Below the pieces are notes generated by a model. The model saw only the letters and a list, made by a program, of their open reading frames with translations, did no database searches and was not told where the DNA came from. DNA of 64,000 bases from Candidatus Levybacteria bacterium RIFCSPHIGHO2_01_FULL_40_16 (GTDB taxonomy: Bacteria; Patescibacteriota; Microgenomatia; Levybacterales; UBA12049). The position numbers and the translations under genes are program-made. Shown here piece after piece: positions 46,450-56,739 of the stretch. Each line of letters opens with the position of its first letter. Positions within the stretch are counted from its first letter, which is position 1. The stretch spans positions 342,921-406,920 of the forward strand of contig MFNS01000001.1 in assembly GCA_001783805.1 (NCBI GenBank). The letters run 5' to 3'.

Positions 46450-48012
46450 ATGAATCGTATCGAACACGATCAACCGGTTATAACGCTCACCAATCCTGTT
46501 CCTACCGAAGGCGGTAAGTTTAATGGAAAAGTAACCAATGATGCCTATACGGAAACCCGGGTTCCCTCGTCAAGTCTCGCTGCGATAGACGGTGTTCTGA
46601 AGGGAGCCGGCTTCACAAAAGTATCTACCGAAGACAGCCGATTTTATCCAAAATATGGCAATTCTACCCCCGATGATATAAAAAGAATTTTTCAAAGTGA
46701 CATCGTCGGAATTAGCGGAACAAATAGAAACGCAGATTCTTCCCTTGACTTTACTCATGAGTATAAGAAGCAAAAGCCGGATGGCGTAATAATAGCAGGA
46801 GGTTTTGGTCCATCTATGGAAACTGAGAAATGGTTATTGGGAGGAGTTGATATTGTCGTACGGGGAGAAGGAGATATTACAGCGTCTTTAGTTGTAAATG
46901 CAATCAAAAATGGCGATTCTCTGGAAAACATAAAGGGAATCAGCTACCTGCGCGATGGCAAAATAATCAACAACGAAGATAATCCGCTTTTAACCGAGAA
47001 AGAGTTATCCGAAGTGCCGCTCCCCTTTTATCCTGACTATATTAAGAGAAAAAGAAGACTACATACCGTAAACGAGTCGCGGGGATGTTATGGAAAATGC
47101 AAATTTTGTTGTGTTACGGTGGCATACGGAGGCACATACAGAATGAAAACTCCGGAAAGAGTAGCCACGGAGATTGCAGATAGTAGGAACGGTGAACCCG
47201 TATTCTTTACAGGAGACAATCTTGCTCCCAGATCCAGAAGAGCGGATTCTCGGCGGCTTGCGGATACATTAATAAATAGGAAATTAGTAAGACCATATCT
47301 TGCTCAGATAGACGCTAGCTTTGCGGAAGATCTTGATTTTGTCAGGCTTTGGAAAAAAGCAGGGTTATTTTGGGTTTTTAAAGGACAGGAGTCCACCAAT
47401 ACCCTATCATTAAACAATGTTGGCAAGGCTTTCACTGCAGAACAGGGCATAAATGCAACTAATATTTTAAGGAAAGAGGGTTTTGGCGTACACGATATGT
47501 TTATTTTGGGAATCGATGGAGATACGCCGGAAACTATTAAAATGCTTAAAGACTACTTTAGAAAACGAAACAAGGCAAATACAGGTCAGCTTTTCCTATT
47601 AACGCCTTTGATTGGCACGCAAGTCGGAAGAGAAAAGCCAATTTTTGATTTTGCCAAAAACGAGAGTAATTTATTTGACGGTCAGCACCTCGTAACATAT
47701 CCTCCGCCGGAATTCACCTGTGTCGGATTACAAGATACGGCAGTCGGCCTTTATTTGGATCTTTTTAACAGCAAACATCTTTTAAACACAATTTTGACCG
47801 ATTCAAAACAATTTCTCCTTGACCGGGAAAGAGGAAAAAAACTTTTGGCATTTGATATTGCATCGCATATCTATGCCAGAAAAACAGTTGCATCAATGAA
47901 AAAAGATCCGTATTATCAAGATTTTAGGGAAAATTTAAGAAGGGAAGATGAAGCTAAAACTGCCGGGAAAGTTATTTTTGACGCAAAGACCCACAATAAA
48001 ATAGAATTATAA
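46450..48012 (+). CDS. B12-binding-domain radical SAM protein
   Basis: CxxxCxxC cluster (RGCYGKCKFCCV) preceded by a Rossmann-like B12-binding region (VIIAGGFGPS...VVRGEGD). Confidence 0.7.
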   Translation: MNRIEHDQPVITLTNPVPTEGGKFNGKVTNDAYTETRVPSSSLAAIDGVLKGAGFTKVSTEDSRFYPKYGNSTPDDIKRIFQSDIVGISGTNRNADSSLDFTHEYKKQKPDGVIIAGGFGPSMETEKWLLGGVDIVVRGEGDITASLVVNAIKNGDSLENIKGISYLRDGKIINNEDNPLLTEKELSEVPLPFYPDYIKRKRRLHTVNESRGCYGKCKFCCVTVAYGGTYRMKTPERVATEIADSRNGEPVFFTGDNLAPRSRRADSRRLADTLINRKLVRPYLAQIDASFAEDLDFVRLWKKAGLFWVFKGQESTNTLSLNNVGKAFTAEQGINATNILRKEGFGVHDMFILGIDGDTPETIKMLKDYFRKRNKANTGQLFLLTPLIGTQVGREKPIFDFAKNESNLFDGQHLVTYPPPEFTCVGLQDTAVGLYLDLFNSKHLLNTILTDSKQFLLDRERGKKLLAFDIASHIYARKTVASMKKDPYYQDFRENLRREDEAKTAGKVIFDAKTHNKIEL

Positions 48013-48468
48013 TTCCAAATGTTCCCCGGCTAACTTCTGCGCTTGAGATGTCAAGCTCCAATATTCATCTTGTTGCCCTTCTGGAATTTTTCGAATGCAA
48101 ATCCCCTGCGCTTGAAACTCTTGCAATTTCACTCTCAAAACTTTTGCGCTCATTGAATTTTCTTTGCTTTTTTCCTTTAATGCGTTTACAAGAGACTCTG
48201 TTGTACTGATTCTCAACAAAGCAAGTTGACTAACAATAATCCACTTACCGGGTTTTAATAAATGGGAAAGCGTAAGTTTTACCTCCGGTTTCGGAGTCTC
48301 TCGGCTTGCTGATATTTTTAATGTATCAATTCGTTTGATCCGTGCCGAATGCCCCGGTTGACCATATACGTCATCCGCAAACCCCTTAAATTTACCTCCC
48401 CTAAATCTTTCCCTATTATTTGTCATTATTTCATCCTTTCGAAAATTATCCAATTGGGCAATTTGCAT
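48007..48468 (-). CDS. hypothetical protein
   Basis: 153-aa ORF; no motif. Confidence 0.4.
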   Translation of the reverse strand: MQIAQLDNFRKDEIMTNNRERFRGGKFKGFADDVYGQPGHSARIKRIDTLKISASRETPKPEVKLTLSHLLKPGKWIIVSQLALLRISTTESLVNALKEKSKENSMSAKVLRVKLQEFQAQGICIRKIPEGQQDEYWSLTSQAQKLAGEHLEL

Positions 48469-48540
48469 AACTTACCAAGAAAAGCGTAAATTGTCAAGGA
48501 AAATATTGGAATAGGGGGAATTCTGAACAGAGAGTTTTTC

Positions 48541-48595
48541 CTTGCTCGCCGACTTGTCCGCCAAAGCTTCAGCGGTGGAAGCTTTAGCGAAGGTG
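48541..48595. repeat. GC-rich intergenic segment resembling a rearranged family-1 element (GCTCGCCGA...CCGCCAAAGC...GGTGGAAGC)
   Basis: Shares GCTCGCCG and the reverse complement of CTTTGGCGG with family 1; internal palindrome AAAGCTTC..GAAGCTTT. Confidence 0.35.
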
Positions 48596-48606
48596 GGACT
48601 TCTTCG

Positions 48607-49926
48607 TCAAGACAGAGGAAACTTTAAACAAAGCTTCTTGACTTCTTCGGAAATCTTAAGGAGTTTTTTATTTGCAACAATTTCTTGTTTAAATTTTTTC
48701 CAAAATTCTTTTCTTTGCTCCCTGTCTTTTGGAAAATTTTCATTTGAAATTTCATTGATAACTTCATTCATCCATTGGGCAATTTTTATCATTTCTCTTT
48801 CTTTCATTCCCCTGGTGGTGATGGCCGGAGTTCCAAGACGGATTCCCGATGGGTAAAAAGGCGGCAGTAAATCTTCGGGAACTGCATTTTTATTCACAAT
48901 AATTCCTGCAATTTCAAGGGCTAAAGCTGCCACCGCTCCATTTACTTTTTTATTGGTCAGGTCAATTAACAAAAGATGATTATCCGTTCCCCCGCTAATT
49001 AAATTAAGTCCATATTTTGTTAATTCTTCTGCCAAAACTTTCGCGTTTTTAACAATTTGCTGACCATAAGTTTTAAAAGAAGCAATACTTGCCTCTTTCA
49101 AAGCTACGGCAATTGCCGCAGTTTGGTTGTCATGCGGTCCGCCTTGCAAGCCGGGAAATACCGCTTTATCAATTTTTATTCCTAATTCGGGATCTTTTTT
49201 CAAGCCTTTTTCCGTTACCATAATCATCGCCCCCCTTGGTCCACGCAAAGTCTTGTGAGTAGTGGTCATAATAATATCTGCGTAAGATACGGGTGAGGGA
49301 TGAACTTCGGCGACTATCAAACCTGCAATGTGGGAAATATCTGCCAATAAATATGCTCCGACTTTGTCAGCAATTTCTCCAAATCTTTTGAAATCAATAA
49401 TCCTTGGATACGCGGTGGCGCCGCAAATAATAATTTTGGGTTTTTCCACAATCGCTAATCTTTCGACTTCGTCATAATCAATAATTCCCCTAACATCCAA
49501 TTTATAAGGGATAATCGTGAAATATTTTCCCGAAAAAGAAACCGGCGAACCATGGGTTAAATGCCCACCAAATGCTAAAGAAAGTCCCATGATTTTGTCT
49601 TTGGGCTCTAAAAGGGCAAAATAAATTGCCGAATTGGCCGGACTGCCTGAATATGGCTGGACATTTACATATGGGACGCCAAATAATTTTTTCGCTCTTT
49701 CTTGTGCCAGAATTTCCACATCATCGGCAAATTTTTGCCCCTGATAATAACGTTTTTTGGGATAGCCTTCGGAATATTTGTAATTGTAGATACTGCCCAA
49801 GGCCTCCAAAACAGCTTTGCTTTGAAAATTATTTGACGGAATCATTTCCAAAGTATCCGAAACACGCTTTTCTTCTTCTTTGATGAGATTGTAAACCTGC
49901 GGATCAGTTTTCTTAAGATTGCTCAT
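48607..49926 (-). CDS. glyA: serine hydroxymethyltransferase
   Basis: PLP-lysine region TTTHKTLRGPRG; full-length SHMT. Confidence 0.95.
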   Translation of the reverse strand: MSNLKKTDPQVYNLIKEEEKRVSDTLEMIPSNNFQSKAVLEALGSIYNYKYSEGYPKKRYYQGQKFADDVEILAQERAKKLFGVPYVNVQPYSGSPANSAIYFALLEPKDKIMGLSLAFGGHLTHGSPVSFSGKYFTIIPYKLDVRGIIDYDEVERLAIVEKPKIIICGATAYPRIIDFKRFGEIADKVGAYLLADISHIAGLIVAEVHPSPVSYADIIMTTTHKTLRGPRGAMIMVTEKGLKKDPELGIKIDKAVFPGLQGGPHDNQTAAIAVALKEASIASFKTYGQQIVKNAKVLAEELTKYGLNLISGGTDNHLLLIDLTNKKVNGAVAALALEIAGIIVNKNAVPEDLLPPFYPSGIRLGTPAITTRGMKEREMIKIAQWMNEVINEISNENFPKDREQRKEFWKKFKQEIVANKKLLKISEEVKKLCLKFPLS

Positions 49927-50054
49927 TGAATTAAAGCAAGTATATAAGTGTTTCCTATCTTTTTCAATAGATAAAATAAAAGCGTATTATTTAGACCGCT
50001 ATTAAAGTCTTTTCTTATATGCGTTGTTTATGCTAAAATACATTTTTATATCCT

Positions 50055-52025
50055 ATGCTAGAACAATTGAAAATTTTACCAAACCTAGACCAGCAAACAG
50101 CAGTTCCAGGAATTGCTATATTACCAGTTGACATTTTCAGCGAAAGCCCAATAAGTAGATCTGCCTGCAATAACAATGAAGCTTTATATTTGGAACAGAA
50201 AGAAATTCTCAGTCTTATCGGAAAGACAGCCAGATTGCTTAAGCCAAAATTGGTCAATTCCGACATTAAGGGTCGCGCATGGGATAAAGTAGAAAAAAGA
50301 CGATACACTATCTCCGAACAAAAAACTAATCTAATGGAGAGGATTCTAAATGACAATGAGGATAGCCCCAATGCAAATGGCATGCTTTATATGTTAAGGA
50401 CTGCCGCTGATATTCTGACGCTGCAAACCTTACGGCAGCAATCAGATTTGGTAAAAGGATCCGAATTTGCTCATGATTTCTCTTCCTTAGTGCAATTAGT
50501 TAGATTTAATTATCTAGGCAGCTTGTTCATGAAAATCGAGGACCTTTCACTTATAGACATTATTAACAATAACAATGTTGATCTTTCAAAATATTACAAA
50601 ACAACCAATAAGGCAGGGGTTGCTTTAAATAAGAATTCTTTCGAAGCAATCCAAGAGGAAAATAAACATGATTCTTTAATAGAAGAATATCCGCAGACAT
50701 CGGGACGTTTAATTCAGGATGCGTGTAAGCAAATAGCGGCCCTATCAACCGGAGATTTAGCTATTTTTGATTATGTTAAAATACCAACTAAAACTCAAAT
50801 CGAACAAGAGATTATCCTGAAAGCAAAAGAACTCTTGGAGATAACAACCGGAATTAGAATAAAACTTTGCAATGAATTATTTAATTCCCAATCATTTAGG
50901 CAGCTCGTATCGGCCTACGTAATAGGAAGCCATAAAGAAAAAGCATCCGCTTTGGGAAAACTGGGGCTTGGTATAACGCGGCTTGAGATAGGCACATACA
51001 GAGCTGCTAAAAAAATGATCAGAGAGAATGATGAGGATGCATCATTTTTTGCTAATCTTGTGGCCAATATTAAAGATTGTGCGGAAAATCAGACTCCGCT
51101 GGAAGCTGCTTATGCGCCTAAAGAAATCGGACTTTTTTTAACAGACGCGGAAATCCCAGAAAAACCCATTCCGACTTTCGAAGATTTAAAAAACATAATG
51201 AAACTTTTGCCAAAGACAGGATTAAAGCCGGAATACGTAATTACCCCCTGCGATGTTGACTACACAGTCTTTAAAGCTCCAAAGGAAGTAGTTTTTGCTC
51301 CCATTGGAAATGGACATAGCGAAGCAATAATCGGAGTAACGTTTAATGATGAGAAAAAACGGGGTTCCGGTTTTGGTTTTTACATCGATACTGAAAATAA
51401 ACATCTGGAATGGGTATTTTTGGACCGCTTCGATGATCCGGATATGTCAAGACTAGCAAAAGCCTCTATGCTGCTTACTCATTCCGTGCTTTCTTTCATA
51501 CAGAAAAAGTTGGTAAGTGAACATCCTTTGGAAAAACCAATTGTTCCTCAATCCAACAATCATACTTTGGAAAAAAAATGGCCGGTATGGACTCCGAAAA
51601 TAAAAGAGAAAAGAGAAAAACCGCAACAACCGCTATCCCCAATTCAAGAATTAATGCAGAAGAAAACAGAAAATGAAACAGGTAAAAATGGATTCAGAAA
51701 ATATATAAAAATGCCGACGGATGAAGAATTACAAAAATTGGAGAGACGTTTATCAAGAGAGATTCAGGAAGAAGTCAACGGAGCTATCGATGAATTCAAT
51801 GAAACCGGAGCAGGAAAATTCAAAATGCTTAATAGCGGAGCCAAATATAAAGGGAAAATGATTTATGAATTAATTGTTCGCGACATAAGAATTTTAATGA
51901 CATTGACTGGTGAGCAAGAGAACAAGAGTAATTCAAGAGAAAAAATAATTGAATTTAAACCTTTCGAGATCAAGCAAAAACAAAGCATTAAAAGAAAGCA
52001 GAAGAATGGATTTCACAGACGCTAA
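50055..52025 (+). CDS. large orphan protein (656 aa), hypothetical
   Basis: Long uninterrupted ORF with coding composition; no recognisable motif; K/E-rich C-terminus. Confidence 0.55.
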   Translation: MLEQLKILPNLDQQTAVPGIAILPVDIFSESPISRSACNNNEALYLEQKEILSLIGKTARLLKPKLVNSDIKGRAWDKVEKRRYTISEQKTNLMERILNDNEDSPNANGMLYMLRTAADILTLQTLRQQSDLVKGSEFAHDFSSLVQLVRFNYLGSLFMKIEDLSLIDIINNNNVDLSKYYKTTNKAGVALNKNSFEAIQEENKHDSLIEEYPQTSGRLIQDACKQIAALSTGDLAIFDYVKIPTKTQIEQEIILKAKELLEITTGIRIKLCNELFNSQSFRQLVSAYVIGSHKEKASALGKLGLGITRLEIGTYRAAKKMIRENDEDASFFANLVANIKDCAENQTPLEAAYAPKEIGLFLTDAEIPEKPIPTFEDLKNIMKLLPKTGLKPEYVITPCDVDYTVFKAPKEVVFAPIGNGHSEAIIGVTFNDEKKRGSGFGFYIDTENKHLEWVFLDRFDDPDMSRLAKASMLLTHSVLSFIQKKLVSEHPLEKPIVPQSNNHTLEKKWPVWTPKIKEKREKPQQPLSPIQELMQKKTENETGKNGFRKYIKMPTDEELQKLERRLSREIQEEVNGAIDEFNETGAGKFKMLNSGAKYKGKMIYELIVRDIRILMTLTGEQENKSNSREKIIEFKPFEIKQKQSIKRKQKNGFHRR

Positions 52026-52030
52026 TCGGT

Positions 52031-52543
52031 TTATTTTTCCAAGTCCAGAAACTTATATTTATACCCTTCGGATTCCCCCGCTTTTTCAGATATGACTGCT
52101 TTAAACTCCGAATAATCCGGAAAAAAAGTATCCGCTTCGGAGTCTCCACCAGCTGGCGGATCAATTATCGTTAAATAAAGTTTGTCCACTAATCCTTTTT
52201 TAATCGCCTGGTCATAAATCTGTCCACCTCCAATAATAAATATTTCCTTTGGCTCGCCGAAGCCTTCGGCGGAGGCGGCTGCTTTTTTAATCGATTCTTC
52301 AATTGAATTGCAAACGACAGCGCCTTCCGCCTTAAATTTAGCGTCTCGCGTTATAACAATGTTATAACGTTTTGGTAAAGGTTTTGTCGGCAGAGATTCC
52401 CAAGTTTTGCGACCCATGATAACCGGATGCCCCTTTGTGATATTTCTAAATCTTTGCAAATCTTCTTTGATGTGCCACAGCAACTTATTGTCTTTTCCCA
52501 ATTCCCGATTTTTCCCAATCGCCGCAATCGCACTTACTTTCAT
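52031..52543 (-). CDS. folA: dihydrofolate reductase
   Basis: N-terminal IAAIGKNRELG; GRKTWESLP and GGGQIY motifs. Carries two in-frame GC-rich insertions (family 1 and family 2). Confidence 0.9.
   Translation of the reverse strand: MKVSAIAAIGKNRELGKDNKLLWHIKEDLQRFRNITKGHPVIMGRKTWESLPTKPLPKRYNIVITRDAKFKAEGAVVCNSIEESIKKAAASAEGFGEPKEIFIIGGGQIYDQAIKKGLVDKLYLTIIDPPAGGDSEADTFFPDYSEFKAVISEKAGESEGYKYKFLDLEK
52145..52162. repeat. family 2 palindromic element (TCCACCAGCTGGCGGATC), in frame in folA
   Basis: Encodes DPPAGGD inserted between IID and EADTFFP of DHFR. Confidence 0.75.
52246..52281. repeat. GC-rich element, family 1 copy (CCTTTGGCTCGCCGAAGCCTTCGGCGGAGGCGGCTG), in frame in folA
   Basis: Encodes AAASAEGFGEPK, inserted before EIFIIGGG. 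Confidence 0.8.
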
Positions 52544-52609
52544 AATCTCTTCTTAATTGTCATGCTGAACTTGTTTCAGCATCTCAAAAGCATTATATAA
52601 TAAAGCAGC

Positions 52610-52903
52610 ATGCGAAGAAAGTTAATTTATTATATTTACATCTTAACAAATAAATACAATACAACTTCCTATATTGGTGTTACCAACAGTATTTTCAAAA
52701 GACTTTTTGAACATAAATTTGGCTTGATGGAAGGTTTTACAAAAAAATATAAAACCAAAAAACTTGTGTATCTCGAGGAGTACAGCGACATTAAAGAGGC
52801 TATTGCCCGAGAAAAACAATTAAAAAATTGGCATAGAGACTGGAAGATAAATTTGATTAAAAAAGCAAATCCTAAATTTGAAGATATGTCTGTTTTCGAT
52901 TAA
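52610..52903 (+). CDS. GIY-YIG nuclease-family protein (stand-alone, ~97 aa)
   Basis: YIYILTN ... YIGVTN ... R..EH GIY-YIG catalytic motifs. Confidence 0.75.
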   Translation: MRRKLIYYIYILTNKYNTTSYIGVTNSIFKRLFEHKFGLMEGFTKKYKTKKLVYLEEYSDIKEAIAREKQLKNWHRDWKINLIKKANPKFEDMSVFD

Positions 52904-52943
52904 AGTAGATCCCGAAATAAATTCGGGATGACACGGAGCAACA

Positions 52944-53936
52944 TTAAAATCCTCCCACAACCGTTACGTCTGCTTTAATCGGAGGATAAGGATTATAACC
53001 AATCAACTCAAAGTCTTCGATTTTGAAATCGTCAATATTCTTCACTTTGGGATTTAATTTCATTTTCGGAAACGGTCGGGGTTTTCTTTTCAACTGTTCT
53101 TTTACCTGATCCATGTGATTCCCATAGATATGCACATCGCCAAAAGTATGGACAAATTCTCCGGGTTTGAATCCACCGACATGCGCAAACATCATTGTTA
53201 AAAGCGCGTAGCTGGCGATATTAAATGGAACTCCTAAAAAGACATCCGAACTTCGTTGATAAAGTTGTAAGGATAATTCATTCTTGTCATTAACATTAAT
53301 TTGAAAAAAAGAATGGCAAGGAGGAAGCACAACAGACTTCTCGCGACTCGCGGCCATTTCGTAAACAAATTCGGGATTCCAAGCGGCAATCATAATATGT
53401 TTCCTGGTCGGAGTTTTTTTAAGTTTCGCAATCGCCCAAGCGATCTGGTCAATTGTCCGTCCGTCCGAAGTTTCCCATTTCCGCCATTGCCTGCCATAAA
53501 TCGGCCCCAATTCTCCCCACCTATAAGCGAATTTTTTATTCTCTTTTATTTTCTGAATAAACTCCTCTTGCGTCTTTATTTTTCGGTCGTCTTTCGTCAG
53601 CTTTGAGCTTTGAGTTTTGAACTTTGAACTTAACGCTTCCGTGAAGCGTTTATACGCCCATTCATCCCAAATATGTACATTGCGGTCAACCAGATATTTG
53701 ATATTGGAATTGCCCTGCAAAAACCACAAAAGTTCTTCGATAATTCCCCGCAGGAAAACTTTTTTCGTAGTCAAAAGTGGAAACCCTTTTGACAAATCAT
53801 AACGGGTTTGTCTGCCAAAAACACTTTTAAGTGTTATTCCTGAATTAAATTCTTTTTTTTCATGTCCATTTTCCAAAATATCCCGCAGCAAATCCAAATA
53901 CTGATACTCTCCCTCCCGATAATCATTAATTTTCAT
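52944..53936 (-). CDS. thyA: thymidylate synthase ThyA (long form)
   Basis: Catalytic Cys region (LPPCH), C-terminal FGDxHIY..H motif. The variable insert region contains a heptad-repeat tract. Confidence 0.95.
   Translation of the reverse strand: MKINDYREGEYQYLDLLRDILENGHEKKEFNSGITLKSVFGRQTRYDLSKGFPLLTTKKVFLRGIIEELLWFLQGNSNIKYLVDRNVHIWDEWAYKRFTEALSSKFKTQSSKLTKDDRKIKTQEEFIQKIKENKKFAYRWGELGPIYGRQWRKWETSDGRTIDQIAWAIAKLKKTPTRKHIMIAAWNPEFVYEMAASREKSVVLPPCHSFFQINVNDKNELSLQLYQRSSDVFLGVPFNIASYALLTMMFAHVGGFKPGEFVHTFGDVHIYGNHMDQVKEQLKRKPRPFPKMKLNPKVKNIDDFKIEDFELIGYNPYPPIKADVTVVGGF
53600..53630. repeat. heptanucleotide tandem repeat (GCTTTGA-like x4) in frame inside thyA
   Basis: GCTTTGAGCTTTGAGTTTTGAACTTTGAACT; encodes SSKFKTQSSKL within the ThyA variable insert. 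Confidence 0.7.
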
Positions 53937-54011
53937 ACTGAAAATAATAATCCAATACTACCAATAAACAAATCAACAAATCAATAGGACAAATTATTCC
54001 TTATTGGGATT

Positions 54012-55112
54012 TTATTTAGGGGCCGCTTTAGGAAAGTAATCATCTAGTTTTTCTATAATAATTTCCCTAACTTTCACGCTCTTTTTTTCATTCGCGCCAA
54101 GATGACCTTTGTTGTGTAAAGCAGTTATTCCGTGGTCCATTTCTTCTCCGGGCAAAGTCGGCCTTCCTCTCCTGACAAAAGACCGAACGATACTCAATAT
54201 TACAGGATCATTATAATTTTTTATAATAGTCGTCATTGCTCTATCTACAGATTCAGGATCATCCGACCGTCTGAATTCTTCAAAAGCAGTCCAGACTAGA
54301 AGCTCTACCACATCCGTTGCTTTTTGATCTTTTGCGATTCTTTCCTTGATTTTTTGCTCTGCTACATTAAACTCTGTTTCGCTAAGCCTCACGGTCTCAA
54401 CGTCAATGCCCTGTTCTTTAGCTACTGTCTTTTCCATTTGCGAAATGGCAGATTTTTCAAGCTGCTTTATTCGTTTTGTGGATGGAGTAAGAATTGCGTC
54501 GGGAATATTCAGAACAGGATCCATTACTGCATTTCCCTCTCTTTCCTGAAACATTACATCGTCAATGAAATCTCCTGCTGCTCCATATTTATCATGAATA
54601 GAACGGATATATTTAGCTTCTTCTGCCAAGGCCTGAAATCGGTCTATACCATCAAGATCCGGTGATTTAATTTGATCTGCTCTAAAAATATCTTTGATGG
54701 CAATCCATTTCTTCGTAAATACTTCCGGTTTTTTAATCTCAATTCCTTGCGGATGTATACCATAATACTCGGACAAGCCTAATCTTTGGATATTTGCGGC
54801 TATTTCTTCTTTCGTTCCGCGATGCCGCATCGGATCGCTTTTAAAAACAACATCCCAGAATTCTCGTGAATGCGTTGTAAGCATTTTCCAAGGCTCTTTT
54901 ATTACGTGATCGTCCCATCTGCGGAGAATCTTTTCCCCTTTACCGTCTATCCAGTTATTCCACCCCTTATTTATCTCATAAACCATTTTCCCATCAGGCT
55001 CTGTGACAATTTTCCCCCCATAAACACCAACCGTGCTCTTATATCTCTCCGACGGAAATCTATTTTTAACAAACTTATTTGCTATTTCTACAATTCCCCC
55101 AATTTCTCCCAT
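54012..55112 (-). CDS. hypothetical protein
   Basis: 366-aa ORF; no motif recognised. Confidence 0.5.
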   Translation of the reverse strand: MGEIGGIVEIANKFVKNRFPSERYKSTVGVYGGKIVTEPDGKMVYEINKGWNNWIDGKGEKILRRWDDHVIKEPWKMLTTHSREFWDVVFKSDPMRHRGTKEEIAANIQRLGLSEYYGIHPQGIEIKKPEVFTKKWIAIKDIFRADQIKSPDLDGIDRFQALAEEAKYIRSIHDKYGAAGDFIDDVMFQEREGNAVMDPVLNIPDAILTPSTKRIKQLEKSAISQMEKTVAKEQGIDVETVRLSETEFNVAEQKIKERIAKDQKATDVVELLVWTAFEEFRRSDDPESVDRAMTTIIKNYNDPVILSIVRSFVRRGRPTLPGEEMDHGITALHNKGHLGANEKKSVKVREIIIEKLDDYFPKAAPK

Positions 55113-55115
55113 AAT

Positions 55116-55604
55116 TTATTCCTTGCGCTGGTCAACCGGTCCACCGGAGTAATTTGTCTTATAAATCTGCTTACCGCCCTTACTTATTGTTTCTTCTCCT
55201 ATAAATTTCCCAATATCTCCCTGCCAATCATTTTCATACTTAAACTCACCATCCTCAAAAATCTTAGGGCCTCTTGCGGGAAAATCATCAGGCATTTGAG
55301 AAAGCGCTTTTCTCAAAGTTGGTATAGCCAAGTTAGCTTCAGTCAAATCAACTCCATAATAAACCATCATCCAATAAGGTTTTCCTTTATAAAAAACGAT
55401 TTCCCGCCCACCAAAAGGCTCTCCGCCAAACCAATTATCATGAAATTTGAAATCTCCAGACTCATATCTCGTAGAATAAGAGCCATCAGCCTCTTTTGTC
55501 GTAGTAGTTTCTCCTGAAGCATATCCTTCTCTTTTTGCTTTGATTAAAAAGCTCTTTAGCTCCTCCTTATTCATAATATCTATTTCTTTATCCATATTAC
55601 TCAT
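55116..55604 (-). CDS. hypothetical protein
   Basis: 162-aa ORF, possibly co-transcribed with the previous gene. Confidence 0.45.
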   Translation of the reverse strand: MSNMDKEIDIMNKEELKSFLIKAKREGYASGETTTTKEADGSYSTRYESGDFKFHDNWFGGEPFGGREIVFYKGKPYWMMVYYGVDLTEANLAIPTLRKALSQMPDDFPARGPKIFEDGEFKYENDWQGDIGKFIGEETISKGGKQIYKTNYSGGPVDQRKE

Positions 55605-55710
55605 CCTATTGTACTATTTTCGTCTCTTTAGGTAAACACAAAAACCTCATACGTAATACTGTAATTTCGTCTCTACAATAGCAAACTTTCTCTGTTGATG
55701 TAATGCGATA

Positions 55711-56199
55711 TTAGTCTAGTAATGCATCTTTTTCGCTAAATAATAGCTTATTTAATATTCCCAATGCGATTGAAACATATATTATTCCGTAAAGAAAAAA
55801 AATTGAGCCAAAACTAGAAACAAAAACCTTCAATAGGTTACTAAGAAAAATAGGTGATATTCTATAATCTCCCAGATTATCGCTAAAAAATTTTAAGATT
55901 CCTCCATATGCGAAAAGCAGGCTGGCATGGACAAATCTTCCGCCAGCTCTAGCAAATACATCCTTTTTTTGCTTAACTTTAACAGAAGTGGCTGCTTGAA
56001 AACATATAGCGGAAAATGCAGCAGCTAGTCCAATTGAACTAACAATAAATGTATATTTATTAGCTGAAAAAATTTGTCCAGTTAATTCAGAAGAGAAATA
56101 ATGAACGCCAACAAAATATAAAATAAGACTAGGAATAAGGAAAAAGGAAATCCTTAATAATCTCCAAATTCTTAGAATAAGCCTCTTGATAATATTCAT
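55711..56199 (-). CDS. hypothetical integral membrane protein
   Basis: Four predicted TM segments. Confidence 0.45.
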   Translation of the reverse strand: MNIIKRLILRIWRLLRISFFLIPSLILYFVGVHYFSSELTGQIFSANKYTFIVSSIGLAAAFSAICFQAATSVKVKQKKDVFARAGGRFVHASLLFAYGGILKFFSDNLGDYRISPIFLSNLLKVFVSSFGSIFFLYGIIYVSIALGILNKLLFSEKDALLD

Positions 56200-56739
56200 T
56201 TAAACTTGTTTTTCTTTTTTGTGAGCGGTGACGCGGCCGCCTTGCCATTGGCCGCGATAAAGATTTCCGCCGCCTTGAACTTCTGAAAACTGGATATGCA
56301 CAAAGCGCGCGCCCATTTCGATTTCAACCGTAATTGGGCCTTCATTTTTCAGGCCAAAAATCAATCCCCCGCAATATCCCGGCGGCACATTTCCGGTGCG
56401 GAGAAACAAGCCGGAACGGTAAGTTGTGGAGCGCGGAGTAATTGACGCGGTTAAATTTTGCGGCATGTTTACTGATTCGATTGTCTTAACCAGGTAAAAT
56501 TCTCCAGGCTTTATTTTCAGACTATTGGTCTTTTTTTGATCATATTTCTTGATCAACTCTATTTCCGCTGTTTTTCGGTGAACTTCTCCCAGAAACGCAT
56601 CCCCCCTGATGCGGTAAACTTCACCCAAACGCAAATCAAAACCCGCTCCTTCGGGATTGGTCAGTTCGCGTTCGGATAAGCCCTCGACAAGTTTCTTTGC
56701 CTTGACTAATTGTAGTAATTTTTTCGGTCCTAAAATCAT
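56200..56739 (-). CDS. dCTP deaminase/dUTPase-superfamily protein (divergent paralog)
   Basis: ITPRSTTYRSGL and GYCGGL resemble the Dcd/Dut beta-hairpin and uracil-pocket motifs. Confidence 0.65.
   Translation of the reverse strand: MILGPKKLLQLVKAKKLVEGLSERELTNPEGAGFDLRLGEVYRIRGDAFLGEVHRKTAEIELIKKYDQKKTNSLKIKPGEFYLVKTIESVNMPQNLTASITPRSTTYRSGLFLRTGNVPPGYCGGLIFGLKNEGPITVEIEMGARFVHIQFSEVQGGGNLYRGQWQGGRVTAHKKEKQV

Noticed and set aside
50033-50383. 116-aa minus-strand ORF
   Set aside because: It lies antisense within the 5' part of the 656-aa ORF and extends into the promoter region; no support.
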